From Gammaproteobacteria bacterium (GTDB taxonomy: Bacteria; Pseudomonadota; Gammaproteobacteria; Eutrophobiales; Eutrophobiaceae), in NCBI GenBank assembly GCA_965215365.1, contig CBDCDS010000003.1, forward strand, positions 224,001 through 288,000: a stretch of 64,000 nt of DNA, given 5' to 3'. This document shows positions 50,583 to 61,123 of this stretch, in pieces. Every line of letters begins with the position of its first letter. The first letter of the stretch is position 1. The notes beneath the pieces were generated by a model, which was not told the origin of the DNA, did not search any database, and saw nothing but the letters and a program-made list of their open reading frames with translations. The translations under genes and the position numbers were made by a program.

Positions 50583-51959
50583 ATGACAAAAAAAGTTTTC
50601 ATCAAGACCTTCGGCTGCCAGATGAACGAGTACGATTCCGCGAAGATGCGGGACGTGTTGCGTGAGGCTCAGGGAATGCAGGCAACAGAGCAGCCTGAAG
50701 ACGCCGATTTCGTCATCTTCAACACCTGCTCTATCCGCGAGAAGGCCCAGGAGAAACTATTCTCGGAACTCGGTCGCTGGCGGCAACGAAAACAGGAGCA
50801 GCCGGATTTCATGATCGGCGTGGGCGGGTGCGTCGCCAGCCAGGAAGGCGCTGCCATCCATGCCCGGGCGCCGTTCGTGGATGTGATATTCGGCCCGCAG
50901 ACCCTGCACCGGCTGCCGCGCCTGTACGATCAGGCGCGGCGCAGTGGGCGCCCGGCCGTTGATATTTCCTTTCCCGAAATTGAAAAATTCGACTGCCTGC
51001 CCGAACCCCGGGCGGAGGGCCCGGTCGCCTTTGTTTCCATCATGGAAGGATGCAGTAAATACTGCACCTTCTGCGTCGTGCCGTATACGCGTGGGGAGGA
51101 GATTTCCCGGCCGCTGGATGATGTGCTCGGCGAAGTAGCCGAGCTGGCCGCGCAGGGCGTGAAAGAAGTGACCCTGCTGGGGCAGAACGTGAACGCCTAT
51201 CGCGGCGCCACCTATGAAGGGGGCAGCGCCGATCTGGCCGAGCTGATCGAGTACGTCGCCGCCATTGACGGCATCCACCGTATTCGTTACACCACGTCTC
51301 ACCCCGTTGAGTTCTGCGACCGGCTGCTCGAGGTGTACCGGCGCGTGCCCGAACTGGTCAGCCATGTGCACCTGCCGGTACAGAGCGGTTCGGACCGCAT
51401 ACTTGCCCTGATGAAGCGCGGGCACACCGTGCTGGAGTACAAGTCGAAACTGAGGAAGCTGCGTAAAATCAGGCCGGATATCAGTATCTCCTCTGATTTC
51501 ATCGTCGGTTTTCCGGGAGAAACCGATGCCGACTTCCAGGCCACCCTGGACCTGGTCGCGGCGATCGGCTTTGACCAGTCTTTCAGTTTCATCTACAGCA
51601 AGAGACCGGGAACGCCCGCGGCAAGCTACCCGGACGACGTCACGCCGGAGCAGAAAAAACAGCGCTTGCAAATCCTCCAGGCCCGGCTCAGGCAACAGGC
51701 TCAGACGATCAGCCGGCGCATGATCGGTTCGGTACAGAAAGTGCTGGTAGAGGGTCACTCGCGCAAGGATGGCCGCGAGCTGGCCGGCCGCACTGCGAAT
51801 AATCGCGTGGTCAATTTCCCGGGCGCGCCCGAACTGATCGGCGCTTTGGTGGACGTCAACATCACCCGGGCGCTGCCCAATTCCCTGCGCGGGGAGCTGG
51901 CTGAGGCGCCCGGATGGTCCTGCGAACTGCAGGGAACCTCTAAGCACGCGGTGTCCTGA
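50583..51959 (+). CDS. miaB: tRNA methylthiotransferase MiaB
   Basis: [19 protein letters not shown] radical SAM motif, TRAM domain. Confidence 0.96.
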   Translation: MTKKVFIKTFGCQMNEYDSAKMRDVLREAQGMQATEQPEDADFVIFNTCSIREKAQEKLFSELGRWRQRKQEQPDFMIGVGGCVASQEGAAIHARAPFVDVIFGPQTLHRLPRLYDQARRSGRPAVDISFPEIEKFDCLPEPRAEGPVAFVSIMEGCSKYCTFCVVPYTRGEEISRPLDDVLGEVAELAAQGVKEVTLLGQNVNAYRGATYEGGSADLAELIEYVAAIDGIHRIRYTTSHPVEFCDRLLEVYRRVPELVSHVHLPVQSGSDRILALMKRGHTVLEYKSKLRKLRKIRPDISISSDFIVGFPGETDADFQATLDLVAAIGFDQSFSFIYSKRPGTPAASYPDDVTPEQKKQRLQILQARLRQQAQTISRRMIGSVQKVLVEGHSRKDGRELAGRTANNRVVNFPGAPELIGALVDVNITRALPNSLRGELAEAPGWSCELQGTSKHAVS

Positions 51960-51962
51960 TAT

Positions 51963-52940
51963 TTGAGCGTTTCTGCACACAACACCGCCGCCTTCGAGGT
52001 CCGGCTGGAACCGGCCGACAATGACAGGCTGGCCAATTTATGTGGTTCCCTGGACGCGCACCTGCGTCAGATCGAAAGGCGTCTTGGCGTTGAGATAAAT
52101 AACCGCGGCAATGCCTTCCGCATTGTCGGGGATGACAACATTGTGCGCGTGACCCGCCGCTTGTTGACGGACTTGTACGCAGCCACCGCAGAGGACAACC
52201 TGTCGCCGGAGAAGATCCACCTGTGGTTGCAGGACCAGGCTATCGACGATGCTGTGAACGAACAGGTCGGCACTGAGGTTGTCATCAAAACCAGGCGCGG
52301 CGTCGTCAAGGGCCGCAGTCCCAACCAGCGGTTATACCTGAATAACATCCAGTCGCACGATGTCAGTTTCGGGATTGGCCCGGCCGGTACGGGTAAAACC
52401 TATCTGGCCGTGGCCAGCGCCGTGGTGGCCTTACAGCAGCAGCGCGTGCGGCGCCTGGTGCTGGTACGCCCGGCAGTGGAGGCCGGGGAAAAACTGGGCT
52501 ACCTGCCCGGCGATCTGGTGCAGAAAGTCGATCCGTACCTGCGCCCGTTGTACGATGCCTTGTATGAAATGCTGGGCTTTGACCAGGTGATGAAATTCAT
52601 TGAAAAAAATGTCATAGAGGTGGCGCCGCTGGCCTTCATGCGGGGTCGCTCCCTGAACGAGTCCTTCATCATCCTGGACGAAGCGCAAAATACCACTATC
52701 GAACAGATGAAAATGTTCCTGACCCGCATCGGTTTCAATTCCACGGCCGTGATTACCGGCGATATTACCCAGATTGACTTGCCGCAAGGTAAAACCTCGG
52801 GTCTGCGCCACGTCATTGACATCCTTGAGCAGGAAGCCGGTATCAGTTTTACCTTCTTCAAATCCAGGGACGTGGTGCGCCATCCACTGGTGGCGCGCAT
52901 CCTGAACGCGTATGAAAAGAGTGAACGCAGCGGGGACTGA
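51963..52940 (+). CDS. ybeZ: PhoH-like protein
   Basis: GPAGTGKT, RPAVEAGE, FMRGR, DEAQN. Confidence 0.94.
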   Translation: MSVSAHNTAAFEVRLEPADNDRLANLCGSLDAHLRQIERRLGVEINNRGNAFRIVGDDNIVRVTRRLLTDLYAATAEDNLSPEKIHLWLQDQAIDDAVNEQVGTEVVIKTRRGVVKGRSPNQRLYLNNIQSHDVSFGIGPAGTGKTYLAVASAVVALQQQRVRRLVLVRPAVEAGEKLGYLPGDLVQKVDPYLRPLYDALYEMLGFDQVMKFIEKNVIEVAPLAFMRGRSLNESFIILDEAQNTTIEQMKMFLTRIGFNSTAVITGDITQIDLPQGKTSGLRHVIDILEQEAGISFTFFKSRDVVRHPLVARILNAYEKSERSGD

Positions 52941-53403
52941 CATTACCGTGCAGTGTGTCGCCACGGAGCATTTCGTTCCGGCTGAAAAAGAAATCCGGCG
53001 TTGGGCCGGCGCCGCGCTGGCGCGCGCCGGCGCGGCCGGGGAAGTGACCATCCGCATTACCGGCGCAGCTGAGATGCGCGCGCTCAACCGCCAGTGGCGC
53101 GACGCCGACCGTCCGACCAATGTGCTGTCATTCCCACTGCATGACGCCGACTGCCTGCTGCTTGGGGATGTGGTGATATGTGCGCCGGTGCTGGCGCAGG
53201 AAGCCGCACAACAGGGTAAATCCCTGCACGCGCATTGGGCGCATATCACTATTCATGGTATTTTACATTTAATGGGTTATGATCACGTCGATGACAACAC
53301 TGCCGGGATCATGGAAGCAAAAGAAACCGCGCTGATGCAGGCACTGGGATTCCCTGACCCATATCTTCCGGAGATTGCAACAAATGCTGCACAATCAGAC
53401 TGA
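52912..53403 (+). CDS. ybeY: rRNA maturation endoribonuclease YbeY
   Basis: PTNVLSF, HGILHLMGYDH. Confidence 0.94.
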   Translation: MKRVNAAGTDITVQCVATEHFVPAEKEIRRWAGAALARAGAAGEVTIRITGAAEMRALNRQWRDADRPTNVLSFPLHDADCLLLGDVVICAPVLAQEAAQQGKSLHAHWAHITIHGILHLMGYDHVDDNTAGIMEAKETALMQALGFPDPYLPEIATNAAQSD

Positions 53404-53428
53404 CGCGGTACAGCCGCGCCGATAACCA

Positions 53429-54274
53429 ATGAGCAAAGACCAACCTCCGTCGAGTTACAGGCATTCCCGCTGGTGGAAAAAAATCATATCCACCTTTACA
53501 AAATCCCCACAGGACCTGCCCGCGCTGATTGAAATCCTGCGCGACTCCGAGGCGCGGAATATCCTCGACCCGGACGTGTTGACGATGCTTGAGGGCGCCT
53601 TGCATGTGACGGAAACGCAGGTGCGCGATATCATGGTGCCGCGGGTACAGATGGTTATCATCTCGCAACTGTCGTCACCCGCGGAGATTATGAAGACCGT
53701 GATTGACTCGGGGCATTCACGCTTTCCGGTCGTCAATGACGACCAGAACGAGGTGCTGGGAATCCTGCTGGCGAAAGACTTGCTGTCCTGTTTTGTCGCG
53801 CACGAAGCGGAAGAGTTCGTGGTCAAAAAGCTGATGCGTCCTGCCGTGTTTGTGCCGGAGAGCAAGCGCTTGAATGTTTTACTCAGGGATTTTCGCAGCA
53901 ACCGTAACCACATGGCGATTGTCGTGGATGAGTATGGCGTTACCGGGTTGGTGACCATTGAAGACATCATGGAAGAAATAGTGGGGGAGATTGAGGATGA
54001 ACATGATTATGACGAACAGACCTTTATTGAGCAACACGGAGGCAACCGCTACACCGTGCAGGCGTTTACCCCTATCGAGCAGTTCAACAGCTATTTCAGC
54101 ACACAACTGAGCCATGACAGCTATGATACGGTCGGGGGTCTGGTCATCAATGAATTCGGCCACCTGCCAAAACGCGGCGAGGTTATCGAGTTCGCCGGTT
54201 ACAACGTAAAGGTTCTGCGCGCCGACAAACGCAGAATTCACTTGTTACGTTTTGAAAAAACGTCTGTTTCATAA
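53429..54274 (+). CDS. corC: CBS/CorC magnesium-cobalt transport-associated protein
   Basis: GHSRFPV, VVDEYG, IVGEIEDE; operon context. Confidence 0.92.
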   Translation: MSKDQPPSSYRHSRWWKKIISTFTKSPQDLPALIEILRDSEARNILDPDVLTMLEGALHVTETQVRDIMVPRVQMVIISQLSSPAEIMKTVIDSGHSRFPVVNDDQNEVLGILLAKDLLSCFVAHEAEEFVVKKLMRPAVFVPESKRLNVLLRDFRSNRNHMAIVVDEYGVTGLVTIEDIMEEIVGEIEDEHDYDEQTFIEQHGGNRYTVQAFTPIEQFNSYFSTQLSHDSYDTVGGLVINEFGHLPKRGEVIEFAGYNVKVLRADKRRIHLLRFEKTSVS

Positions 54275-54297
54275 GGCAACAAGCGACTTGGTGAGAT

Positions 54298-55788
54298 ATG
54301 CGGGCTAGCGCCTGCCGGCAAGGACTGCTGAGCCTGTTGGCCGGCGCCGCCACCGCGGCCGCGTTTGCGCCCTACGATGTTGCTGTCATCCCGTTCATCA
54401 CCCTGGCGGTGTTGTTCCGGCTCTGGCGTGCGGGCGACCGCAAACAGGCCTTTGTCAACGGTTATTTATTCGGCCTGGGCCTGTTCGGCGTCGGCGTCAG
54501 CTGGTTGCACGTCAGCATCAACCTGTTTTCAGGGATTAATCTGGCCGGCGCCTACCTGCTGACTTTTCTGCTGGTCGCTTATCTGGCGCTGTTCCCGGCC
54601 CTGGCCGGGCTGCTGGGACGCTGGCGCCCGGTACGTTCGGAGCCTTATTTTTTCTTGGCGCTCATGCCGTCGCTGTGGGTCCTGGGGGAATGGGCACGCG
54701 CCGGGTTATTCACCGGCTTCCCCTGGTTGACACTGGGCTATACGCAAACCGATAGCTGGCTGGCCGGCTATGCCGGCGTGGCCGGGGTGTTTGGCGTCAG
54801 CTTTTTCTGCGCGCTGCTGGCCGGCGCCCTGGCGCTGCTGGCCGGACGCAACAGGAAGCTGCTGCCGGTCCTGACATTGTTGGCTGTGGTCGTGGCCGGT
54901 TGGCAGTTACGCACCTGGCAGTGGACCGATAAAACCGGCGCAGAGATAGAGGTTGCCCTGATCCAGGGCGCGCTTCCACAGGAGCTGAAATGGCTGCCGG
55001 AATACAGGAATTTGTCCCTGAAGCTTTATCCTGAACTGACCGAGCCGTTCTGGGGCCACGACTTGATCATCTGGCCGGAAACGGCCATTCCCGGTTACCT
55101 GCACCAGTTCGAAGATTATATCGACAACCTTGAGCGCACCGCGCGGGACAGCAATTCCATATTACTGGTCGGCATTCCCAGCAAAAACACGGCCAGCGGC
55201 GCGCAGTTCAACAGTCTGGCGTTGCTGGGCGACAGGCGGCAAATCTACCATAAACGCCATCTGGTGCCGTTCGGTGAATACCTGCCGCTCAGGTCGGCGC
55301 TGGAACGGCCGTTGCGCCGGCTCGATATCCCCATCGCAAACTTCACCCCCGGTGTCGCGCAGGAACCGGCGCTGTTTCAGGCCAAGGGCTTTGCCATGGG
55401 GGTGTCCATCTGCTATGAGGCCGTGTTCGGCGCCGAGGTGATGACCAGCCTGCCCCAGGCCCAGGTGTTGGTGAACGTCAGCAACGATGCCTGGTTCGGC
55501 GATTCTGCCTCACCGCATCAGCATTTGCAGATGGCGCGTATGCGCGCCATTGAAACCGGTCGCTACCTGTTGCGCGCGACCAACACCGGCATCAGCGCAA
55601 TTATTGACGAAAAAGGGAACATCGTCGGCAAGACGCGCCAGTTCGAGCCGGATGCCGTCGCCACCCGCGTGCCCTTGTTCACAGGACACACTCCTTACTC
55701 CCTGAGCGGTGACAAACCCATCGTGCTGTTGTCACTGGCGCTGCTGCTCTGGGCCTTGCTGTTCAGCGCGCGCGCGCCGCGCGACTGA
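54298..55788 (+). CDS. lnt: apolipoprotein N-acyltransferase
   Basis: WPETA, KRHLVPFGE, ICYE, SNDAWF. Confidence 0.95.
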   Translation: MRASACRQGLLSLLAGAATAAAFAPYDVAVIPFITLAVLFRLWRAGDRKQAFVNGYLFGLGLFGVGVSWLHVSINLFSGINLAGAYLLTFLLVAYLALFPALAGLLGRWRPVRSEPYFFLALMPSLWVLGEWARAGLFTGFPWLTLGYTQTDSWLAGYAGVAGVFGVSFFCALLAGALALLAGRNRKLLPVLTLLAVVVAGWQLRTWQWTDKTGAEIEVALIQGALPQELKWLPEYRNLSLKLYPELTEPFWGHDLIIWPETAIPGYLHQFEDYIDNLERTARDSNSILLVGIPSKNTASGAQFNSLALLGDRRQIYHKRHLVPFGEYLPLRSALERPLRRLDIPIANFTPGVAQEPALFQAKGFAMGVSICYEAVFGAEVMTSLPQAQVLVNVSNDAWFGDSASPHQHLQMARMRAIETGRYLLRATNTGISAIIDEKGNIVGKTRQFEPDAVATRVPLFTGHTPYSLSGDKPIVLLSLALLLWALLFSARAPRD

Positions 55789-56653
55789 GCGCCAGCGTCA
55801 ATACAAAACCGGCGAGCATGAGCGCGCCCGAGCCCAGCACCGTTGAGGTCATCGGGCCGGTGTCAAGCAAGGTCGGGTCAGCTTCCAGACTGGCGCGCAG
55901 GCGCGTCCGGAACGGCCATAAGACCGTCAACGAGGCCAGCAGCAGACCACTGATGAAGACCACGGTGGCGCGATAATAGCGTTCCAGCACCCAGGACAGC
56001 AGGCGGCTGAACAGCACCAGGCCGGTCACCACGCCCGCCGCGAACGGCAGCAGCACCGACAATTTGAAGTCACCGAACGCTGAGATGACCTGGGCGTATT
56101 TATTCAAGAGCAGCAACACGAACGAACCCGAGATGCCTGGCAGTATCATCGCGCAACTCGCCAGCGCACCGGCAAGAAAGATAAACCAACCGGCCTCTGG
56201 GGTCTGCACCGGAACCAGATTGAAGATGATACAGCCGCCGAGCGCCCCCAGCGCCAGCAACCGGTAATCCCTACCGCCCAATGCCTCAAGCGCGCACAGC
56301 AGCGCCACGATGGACCCGCCGATAAGCCCGAAAAACAGCCCATAGACCTGTTCGGGATAATCCTGCAGTAACCGTGGCAGAGACACCACGCGGGTAAAAA
56401 ACAGCAATGCGGCGCTGATGCCCAACAGTAACGGCAGGATAAAACCAAAATGTGGTCGGGTTAGCGCCTGGCGCAGTTCCAGCCTGAGCAAGGCGGCAAG
56501 CAGGGCCAGGTCAAAGGATTTGATTGCGGCAATGAACTCGCGATAAATCCCCAGCATAAACGCCATGGTGCCGCCGCTCACCCCCGGGATGAGGTCCGCG
56601 GTGCCGATGCAGAACCCTTTGGCAACCAGAGTGAGGCGTTGTTTAGCCCGCAT
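55763..56653 (-). CDS. DUF368 membrane protein (putative undecaprenyl-phosphate translocase)
   Basis: IPGVSGGT and ILPGISGS repeats; hydrophobic. Confidence 0.88.
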   Translation of the reverse strand: MRAKQRLTLVAKGFCIGTADLIPGVSGGTMAFMLGIYREFIAAIKSFDLALLAALLRLELRQALTRPHFGFILPLLLGISAALLFFTRVVSLPRLLQDYPEQVYGLFFGLIGGSIVALLCALEALGGRDYRLLALGALGGCIIFNLVPVQTPEAGWFIFLAGALASCAMILPGISGSFVLLLLNKYAQVISAFGDFKLSVLLPFAAGVVTGLVLFSRLLSWVLERYYRATVVFISGLLLASLTVLWPFRTRLRASLEADPTLLDTGPMTSTVLGSGALMLAGFVLTLALSRAARAR

Positions 56654-57713
56654 GGTACGGCCGGCTCAGTTCGTGCACGGCGTCCACCAGCACCGCCACC
56701 TGGTCCGGGTCGATATCGGGATGAATACCATGCCCCAGGTTGAACACATGGCCCGCGCCCGGCCCGTAGGCAGCCAGTATCTCGGCCACCTGCCGGCGAA
56801 TCGAGGCCGGCGCCGAATATAACACAGCCGTGTCCAGATTACCCTGCAATGCGACCCGAGCGCCGACTGACTTGCGCGCCAGCTCGATATCCATGCTCCA
56901 GTCCAGCCCTATGGCATCACAACCGGACGCGGCGATGTCTTCAATCCACAGTCCGCCGCCCTTGGTGAATAAAATGACGGGCGTTGCGCGCCCCGGATCT
57001 GCGGCGCGCAGGCCCCGGATAATCTGCTGCATGTAGGCCAGGGAAAACTCTCGATATGCGGCATGGGACAGGATGCCCCCCCAACTGTCGAACAGCATGA
57101 CTACGTCAACCCCTGCTGCGATCTGGGTGTTCAGGTAATCGGTAATGGCGCGGCTCAGTAGCTCCAGCAGCCAGTGCAGCTGCTCCGACTGCCCGTACAA
57201 CATACCTTTGGCCTTGCTGAAATTCTTGCTCGAGCCGCCCTCTATCATGTAGGTGGCAATGGTCCAGGGGCTGCCGGCGAACCCGATCAATGGCACCTTG
57301 CCTTGCAGTTCCCGTTTGATCAGGCGCACTGCGTCCGGCACATAGCCCAGGTCGGTTTCCATGTCCGGTACCGCCAGATTACGAATATCGTTCCCGTTGC
57401 GCAACGGCCGGGCAAACTGCGGCCCCTTGTTCTCCACCACGCTCAACCCCAGGCCCATGGCGTCGGGAATGGTAAGAATATCGGAAAACAGGATTGCCGC
57501 GTCCAAGTCAAAGCGCTGCAACGGTTGTAACGTGACCTCGCAGGCAAGTTCGGGCGTCTTGCACAAGGTCATAAAATCACCCGCACGCTGACGGGTGGCA
57601 CGATACTCCGGCAGGTAACGCCCGGCCTGGCGCATGATCCACACCGGCGTCACATCCACCGGCTGCCGGCGCAATGCTCTCAGCAAACGATCGTTAAGTA
57701 GTTTCTCGGCCAT
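56643..57713 (-). CDS. hemE: uroporphyrinogen decarboxylase
   Basis: [24 protein letters not shown]. Confidence 0.97.
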   Translation of the reverse strand: MAEKLLNDRLLRALRRQPVDVTPVWIMRQAGRYLPEYRATRQRAGDFMTLCKTPELACEVTLQPLQRFDLDAAILFSDILTIPDAMGLGLSVVENKGPQFARPLRNGNDIRNLAVPDMETDLGYVPDAVRLIKRELQGKVPLIGFAGSPWTIATYMIEGGSSKNFSKAKGMLYGQSEQLHWLLELLSRAITDYLNTQIAAGVDVVMLFDSWGGILSHAAYREFSLAYMQQIIRGLRAADPGRATPVILFTKGGGLWIEDIAASGCDAIGLDWSMDIELARKSVGARVALQGNLDTAVLYSAPASIRRQVAEILAAYGPGAGHVFNLGHGIHPDIDPDQVAVLVDAVHELSRPYHAG

Positions 57714-57830
57714 GTACCGGTCATTCTACATTGTCAGAACAATCAGGAACAGAATTAATCCTGCCGGGTATGTATTGACCTGCTGGTTGATTCTCGTTTA
57801 CAATAGGTGCCTCTGTATCGGGGTAATAAA

Positions 57831-58322
57831 TTGAAAAATTCAGACTGGAATACTATGGCTTTTTTTGAAAAAGCCACTTTGAAGCGGGTTCACAAAATGC
57901 TCGACATGGGCGCGGATGCCAATGCCAAGGACGAGTGGGGATTTACCCCGCTGCACTTTGCCGCGGCATTCAACGACGAGCCCGATATTATCAGCGCCCT
58001 GGTGGATGCCGGGGCGGACATGAATGCGCGCGACCGGGAATGGGGTGCCACCCCCCTGCATTGGGCGGCCTGGTCCAACGACAATCCCGGAATTATTATT
58101 GCACTGCTCGACGGCGGCGCCGACCCGAACGTGCGTGATGCCAGGGAGGCCACGCCTTTGCACGCGGCCGCCGACCAGAGCAACAACCCTGCCATTATCC
58201 TGACCCTGCTGGATTCAGGGGCTGACGTGACCTTGCGGGATGCCGGCAAGCTGGCCTGGGACTATATCAAGGACAACGCCGCCCTGAAGGACACCGAAGC
58301 CTACGACAAGCTCGGGGAATAA
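57831..58322 (+). CDS. ankyrin-repeat protein (three full TPLH repeats)
   Basis: GADxNARD..TPLHxAA repeats; TTGACC-18-TACAAT upstream (57775-57804) favours TTG start 57831. Confidence 0.9.
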   Translation: MKNSDWNTMAFFEKATLKRVHKMLDMGADANAKDEWGFTPLHFAAAFNDEPDIISALVDAGADMNARDREWGATPLHWAAWSNDNPGIIIALLDGGADPNVRDAREATPLHAAADQSNNPAIILTLLDSGADVTLRDAGKLAWDYIKDNAALKDTEAYDKLGE

Positions 58323-58397
58323 CATCTCTCGGCCATCCGGCGGCAGTGATGGCAATGGTGTGGTGCGCGGCGTGCGCGAATAATGCGCGCAACGCGG

Positions 58398-58422
58398 GAA
58401 GGGAGGCCTGTCGCCTCCCTTC
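58398..58422. terminator. 10-bp stem hairpin between convergent genes
   Basis: GAAGGGAGGC-ctgtc-GCCTCCCTTC; no U-tract. Confidence 0.4.
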
Positions 58423-58437
58423 TCACTGCGAGTCCGA

Positions 58438-58653
58438 CTACTCGGAATGGACTACGTTCTGCTGCAGGACCTGCCAGGCCGGCATATCGTCGGAACCTTC
58501 GCCCATCATGTCCTCTGCAGCCGGTGCTTCATCCATGGCCATCTCTTCCATAGCGCCACCGGTACCAGCTTCACCGCTGGTACTGGTTGTATCGCCGCAG
58601 CCCGCGACCCCCAAAATTAATGTCAGAAAAAATGCTACGCTAAGATATCGCAT
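58438..58653 (-). CDS. small acidic Met-rich lipoprotein (71 aa)
   Basis: GAGGAG RBS, signal peptide with VAGC lipobox. Confidence 0.7.
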   Translation of the reverse strand: MRYLSVAFFLTLILGVAGCGDTTSTSGEAGTGGAMEEMAMDEAPAAEDMMGEGSDDMPAWQVLQQNVVHSE

Positions 58654-58724
58654 GTCTTGGCTCCTCGCTGTTGGTAAAGTGCGCGCAGTTAGTATAACAG
58701 ACAGTTCAGTTATGCAAAAATTTA

Positions 58725-59642
58725 TTAGTTCACTGGCCCGGCGGCGGCGACTGAGCGGTAGAAAATAGAGCGATCGCAAGATTGCAGCCGACATTGCCGC
58801 AGATTCCCCGCAGAAGTGACCAGCAGCGGCACTTCCACACCGGCGTTGCCCAGGCTCCAGATCTTGCGGAAAACGCCGGACAGGGTATATACCGGTTCAT
58901 CATCGACCGACAACACTATGTCACCCGGCTTGATTCCGGCCTGGTGGGCGGGGCAGCCCGGATACACCCCCGTGACTACCAGCTTGCCCTCGTATTCCTG
59001 TATCAGGGCGCCCAGCCAGGGCCTGGACGGCACGCGGCGCTGCCCGAATTCACACATCTCATCCAGATAGGGCGACACCGTATCAATGGGTATGAACAGG
59101 TTGCCCAGCAATTCATCATCATCGTCATGGTGGAGTTCCAGCAGCAACGAGCCGATGCCGCACAGCTCTCCGTCCTGGTTCACCAGGGCCGCGCCGGCCC
59201 AGTCATTACAGCCGGGGGAGGTAAACAGGGCCTGGTCCAGCAGATACTCCCAACGCCCGGCAAACTCCTGTCTGGCAAACAGCGAGCACTTGAATGCCTT
59301 GGCCTGGTTGTTACGGTAGATGAACAGGCGTTCATCCACGGCGATGTCACTGCTTGAGCCGGGGTGCAGATGGCCGCCCGGCAATGGCAACGTCGGTTTT
59401 AACAGGGCGATGCCGGAATCGTGATCCTGAGCGACGATATAGGCACTGGCACCGCGCCCATCCCCGGACTTGAGCCAGATTTGCTCAGCTTCCAGCACTA
59501 GGTAGCCAACCGTGGCAATCAAACCGTCTTCCCTGATGCGCACCCCGCTGCCGCTGCGCTCGGTACCCAGCAGCTCTGCCGTCATTGCCTTGTCCGGCAC
59601 CCGGCTCTGCACCTGTACTATGCTTTCCGACGGGAACTGCAT
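58725..59642 (-). CDS. trypsin-like (S1C) fold + PDZ protein, catalytic residues apparently substituted
   Basis: GSGV..LIATVGYLV, DSGIALL, WAGAALVN..GELCGI, PWLG..PAHQAGIKPGD. Confidence 0.8.
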   Translation of the reverse strand: MQFPSESIVQVQSRVPDKAMTAELLGTERSGSGVRIREDGLIATVGYLVLEAEQIWLKSGDGRGASAYIVAQDHDSGIALLKPTLPLPGGHLHPGSSSDIAVDERLFIYRNNQAKAFKCSLFARQEFAGRWEYLLDQALFTSPGCNDWAGAALVNQDGELCGIGSLLLELHHDDDDELLGNLFIPIDTVSPYLDEMCEFGQRRVPSRPWLGALIQEYEGKLVVTGVYPGCPAHQAGIKPGDIVLSVDDEPVYTLSGVFRKIWSLGNAGVEVPLLVTSAGNLRQCRLQSCDRSIFYRSVAAAGPVN

Positions 59643-59674
59643 TGTGCCGGTTGCCAGAACGGTTCGACGGTGCG

Positions 59675-61123
59675 CTACGTAAGCGGGGCCGGCAGGTCGG
59701 ACGACCCCATCAGGAAGCGGTCGATGCTCTGCGCTGCGGCACGGCCTTCGGCAATGGCCCACACAATCAGCGATTGTCCACGCTGCATATCGCCGGCGGT
59801 AAATACGCCGGCTCTGCTGGTCATCCAGTTCTCATCCCTTTGCACATTGCCTCGTGCGGTCAGCTCAACACCCAGTTGCGCCAGCATACCGGCCTGTTCC
59901 GGCCCCAGGAAACCCATGGCGAGCAAGGCCAGATCACAGGGCAGCACCGAATCCGTGCCGGGTATCTCGACAAAATTCAAGCGGCCGTTTTCCTGTTTCA
60001 TTTCCACCTCGACCAGTTCCAGCCCGGCGACATGCCCTTGACCGTCATCGAGAAAACGCCTGGTTGACACTGCGTAGACGCGTTCCACGCCTTCTTCGTG
60101 GGCCGAGGCGACCCGGTAGATGCGCGGCCATTCCGGCCACGGGTTGTCGGCGGCGCGGCTGTTGGGGGGTTTCGGCATAATCTCCAACTGGTGCACCGAT
60201 TTTGCGCCCTGGCGGTTGGCGGTGCCCAGGCAATCGGCGCCGGTATCGCCACCGCCGATAATGATCACGTGTTTGTCCCGGGCGCTGATAAACTGCGCCG
60301 CCGGCACCTCGTCGCCTTCGCAGCGCTTGTTCTGCAGCGGCAGGTAGTCCATGGCCTGATGGATGCCGGCCAGCTCCCGACCCGGCACCGGCAGCCCCCG
60401 GGCCTGGGTGGCGCCGCCGGCCAACAGCACCGCATCGTACTCGGTGCATAACTCCTCCGGGTCAACATCCACGCCGACATTGCAGCCGGGTCGGAACAGC
60501 ACGCCTTCCTGTTGCAGCTGTTCCAGGCGCCGGTCCAGCACCCGTTTTTCCATCTTGAACTCGGGAATGCCGTAGCGCAGCAGGCCGCCAATGCGGTCGT
60601 CGCGCTCAAATACCGTGACTTCATGGCCGGCGCGCGCCAGTTGCTGCGCCGCCGCCAGCCCGGCCGGACCGGAACCGACTACGGCTATGCGCTTGCCGGT
60701 CTTCACGGCGGCCGGCTCCGGCTTGACCCAGCCGTTTTCCCAGGCCTTGTCGATGATGGACAGTTCCACCGCCTTGATAGTCACCGGCTCATCGTTGAGC
60801 CCCAGCACACAAGACCCTTCGCACGGTGCCGGACACAGGGTGCCGGTAAATTCCGGGAAGTTATTGGTGGCGTGCAGGCGCCGAATCGCCTCCAACCACT
60901 GGTCGCGGTACACCAGGTCATTCCAGTCCGGGATGAGATTGCCTAACGGGCAACCCTGGTGGCAAAACGGGATGCCGCAATCCATACAACGGGACGCCTG
61001 GGTTTTTAAGGGTTCTACCGGCCATGGTGCCATCACCTGGCGCCAGTCGGCCAGCCTTTCGGGAACGGGGCGGTAGGGCTGTTGGGCCCGCTCAAATTCA
61101 ATAAAACCGGTAATCTTACCCAT
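59675..61123 (-). CDS. gltD: glutamate synthase small subunit
   Basis: [28 protein letters not shown]. Confidence 0.96.
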   Translation of the reverse strand: MGKITGFIEFERAQQPYRPVPERLADWRQVMAPWPVEPLKTQASRCMDCGIPFCHQGCPLGNLIPDWNDLVYRDQWLEAIRRLHATNNFPEFTGTLCPAPCEGSCVLGLNDEPVTIKAVELSIIDKAWENGWVKPEPAAVKTGKRIAVVGSGPAGLAAAQQLARAGHEVTVFERDDRIGGLLRYGIPEFKMEKRVLDRRLEQLQQEGVLFRPGCNVGVDVDPEELCTEYDAVLLAGGATQARGLPVPGRELAGIHQAMDYLPLQNKRCEGDEVPAAQFISARDKHVIIIGGGDTGADCLGTANRQGAKSVHQLEIMPKPPNSRAADNPWPEWPRIYRVASAHEEGVERVYAVSTRRFLDDGQGHVAGLELVEVEMKQENGRLNFVEIPGTDSVLPCDLALLAMGFLGPEQAGMLAQLGVELTARGNVQRDENWMTSRAGVFTAGDMQRGQSLIVWAIAEGRAAAQSIDRFLMGSSDLPAPLT

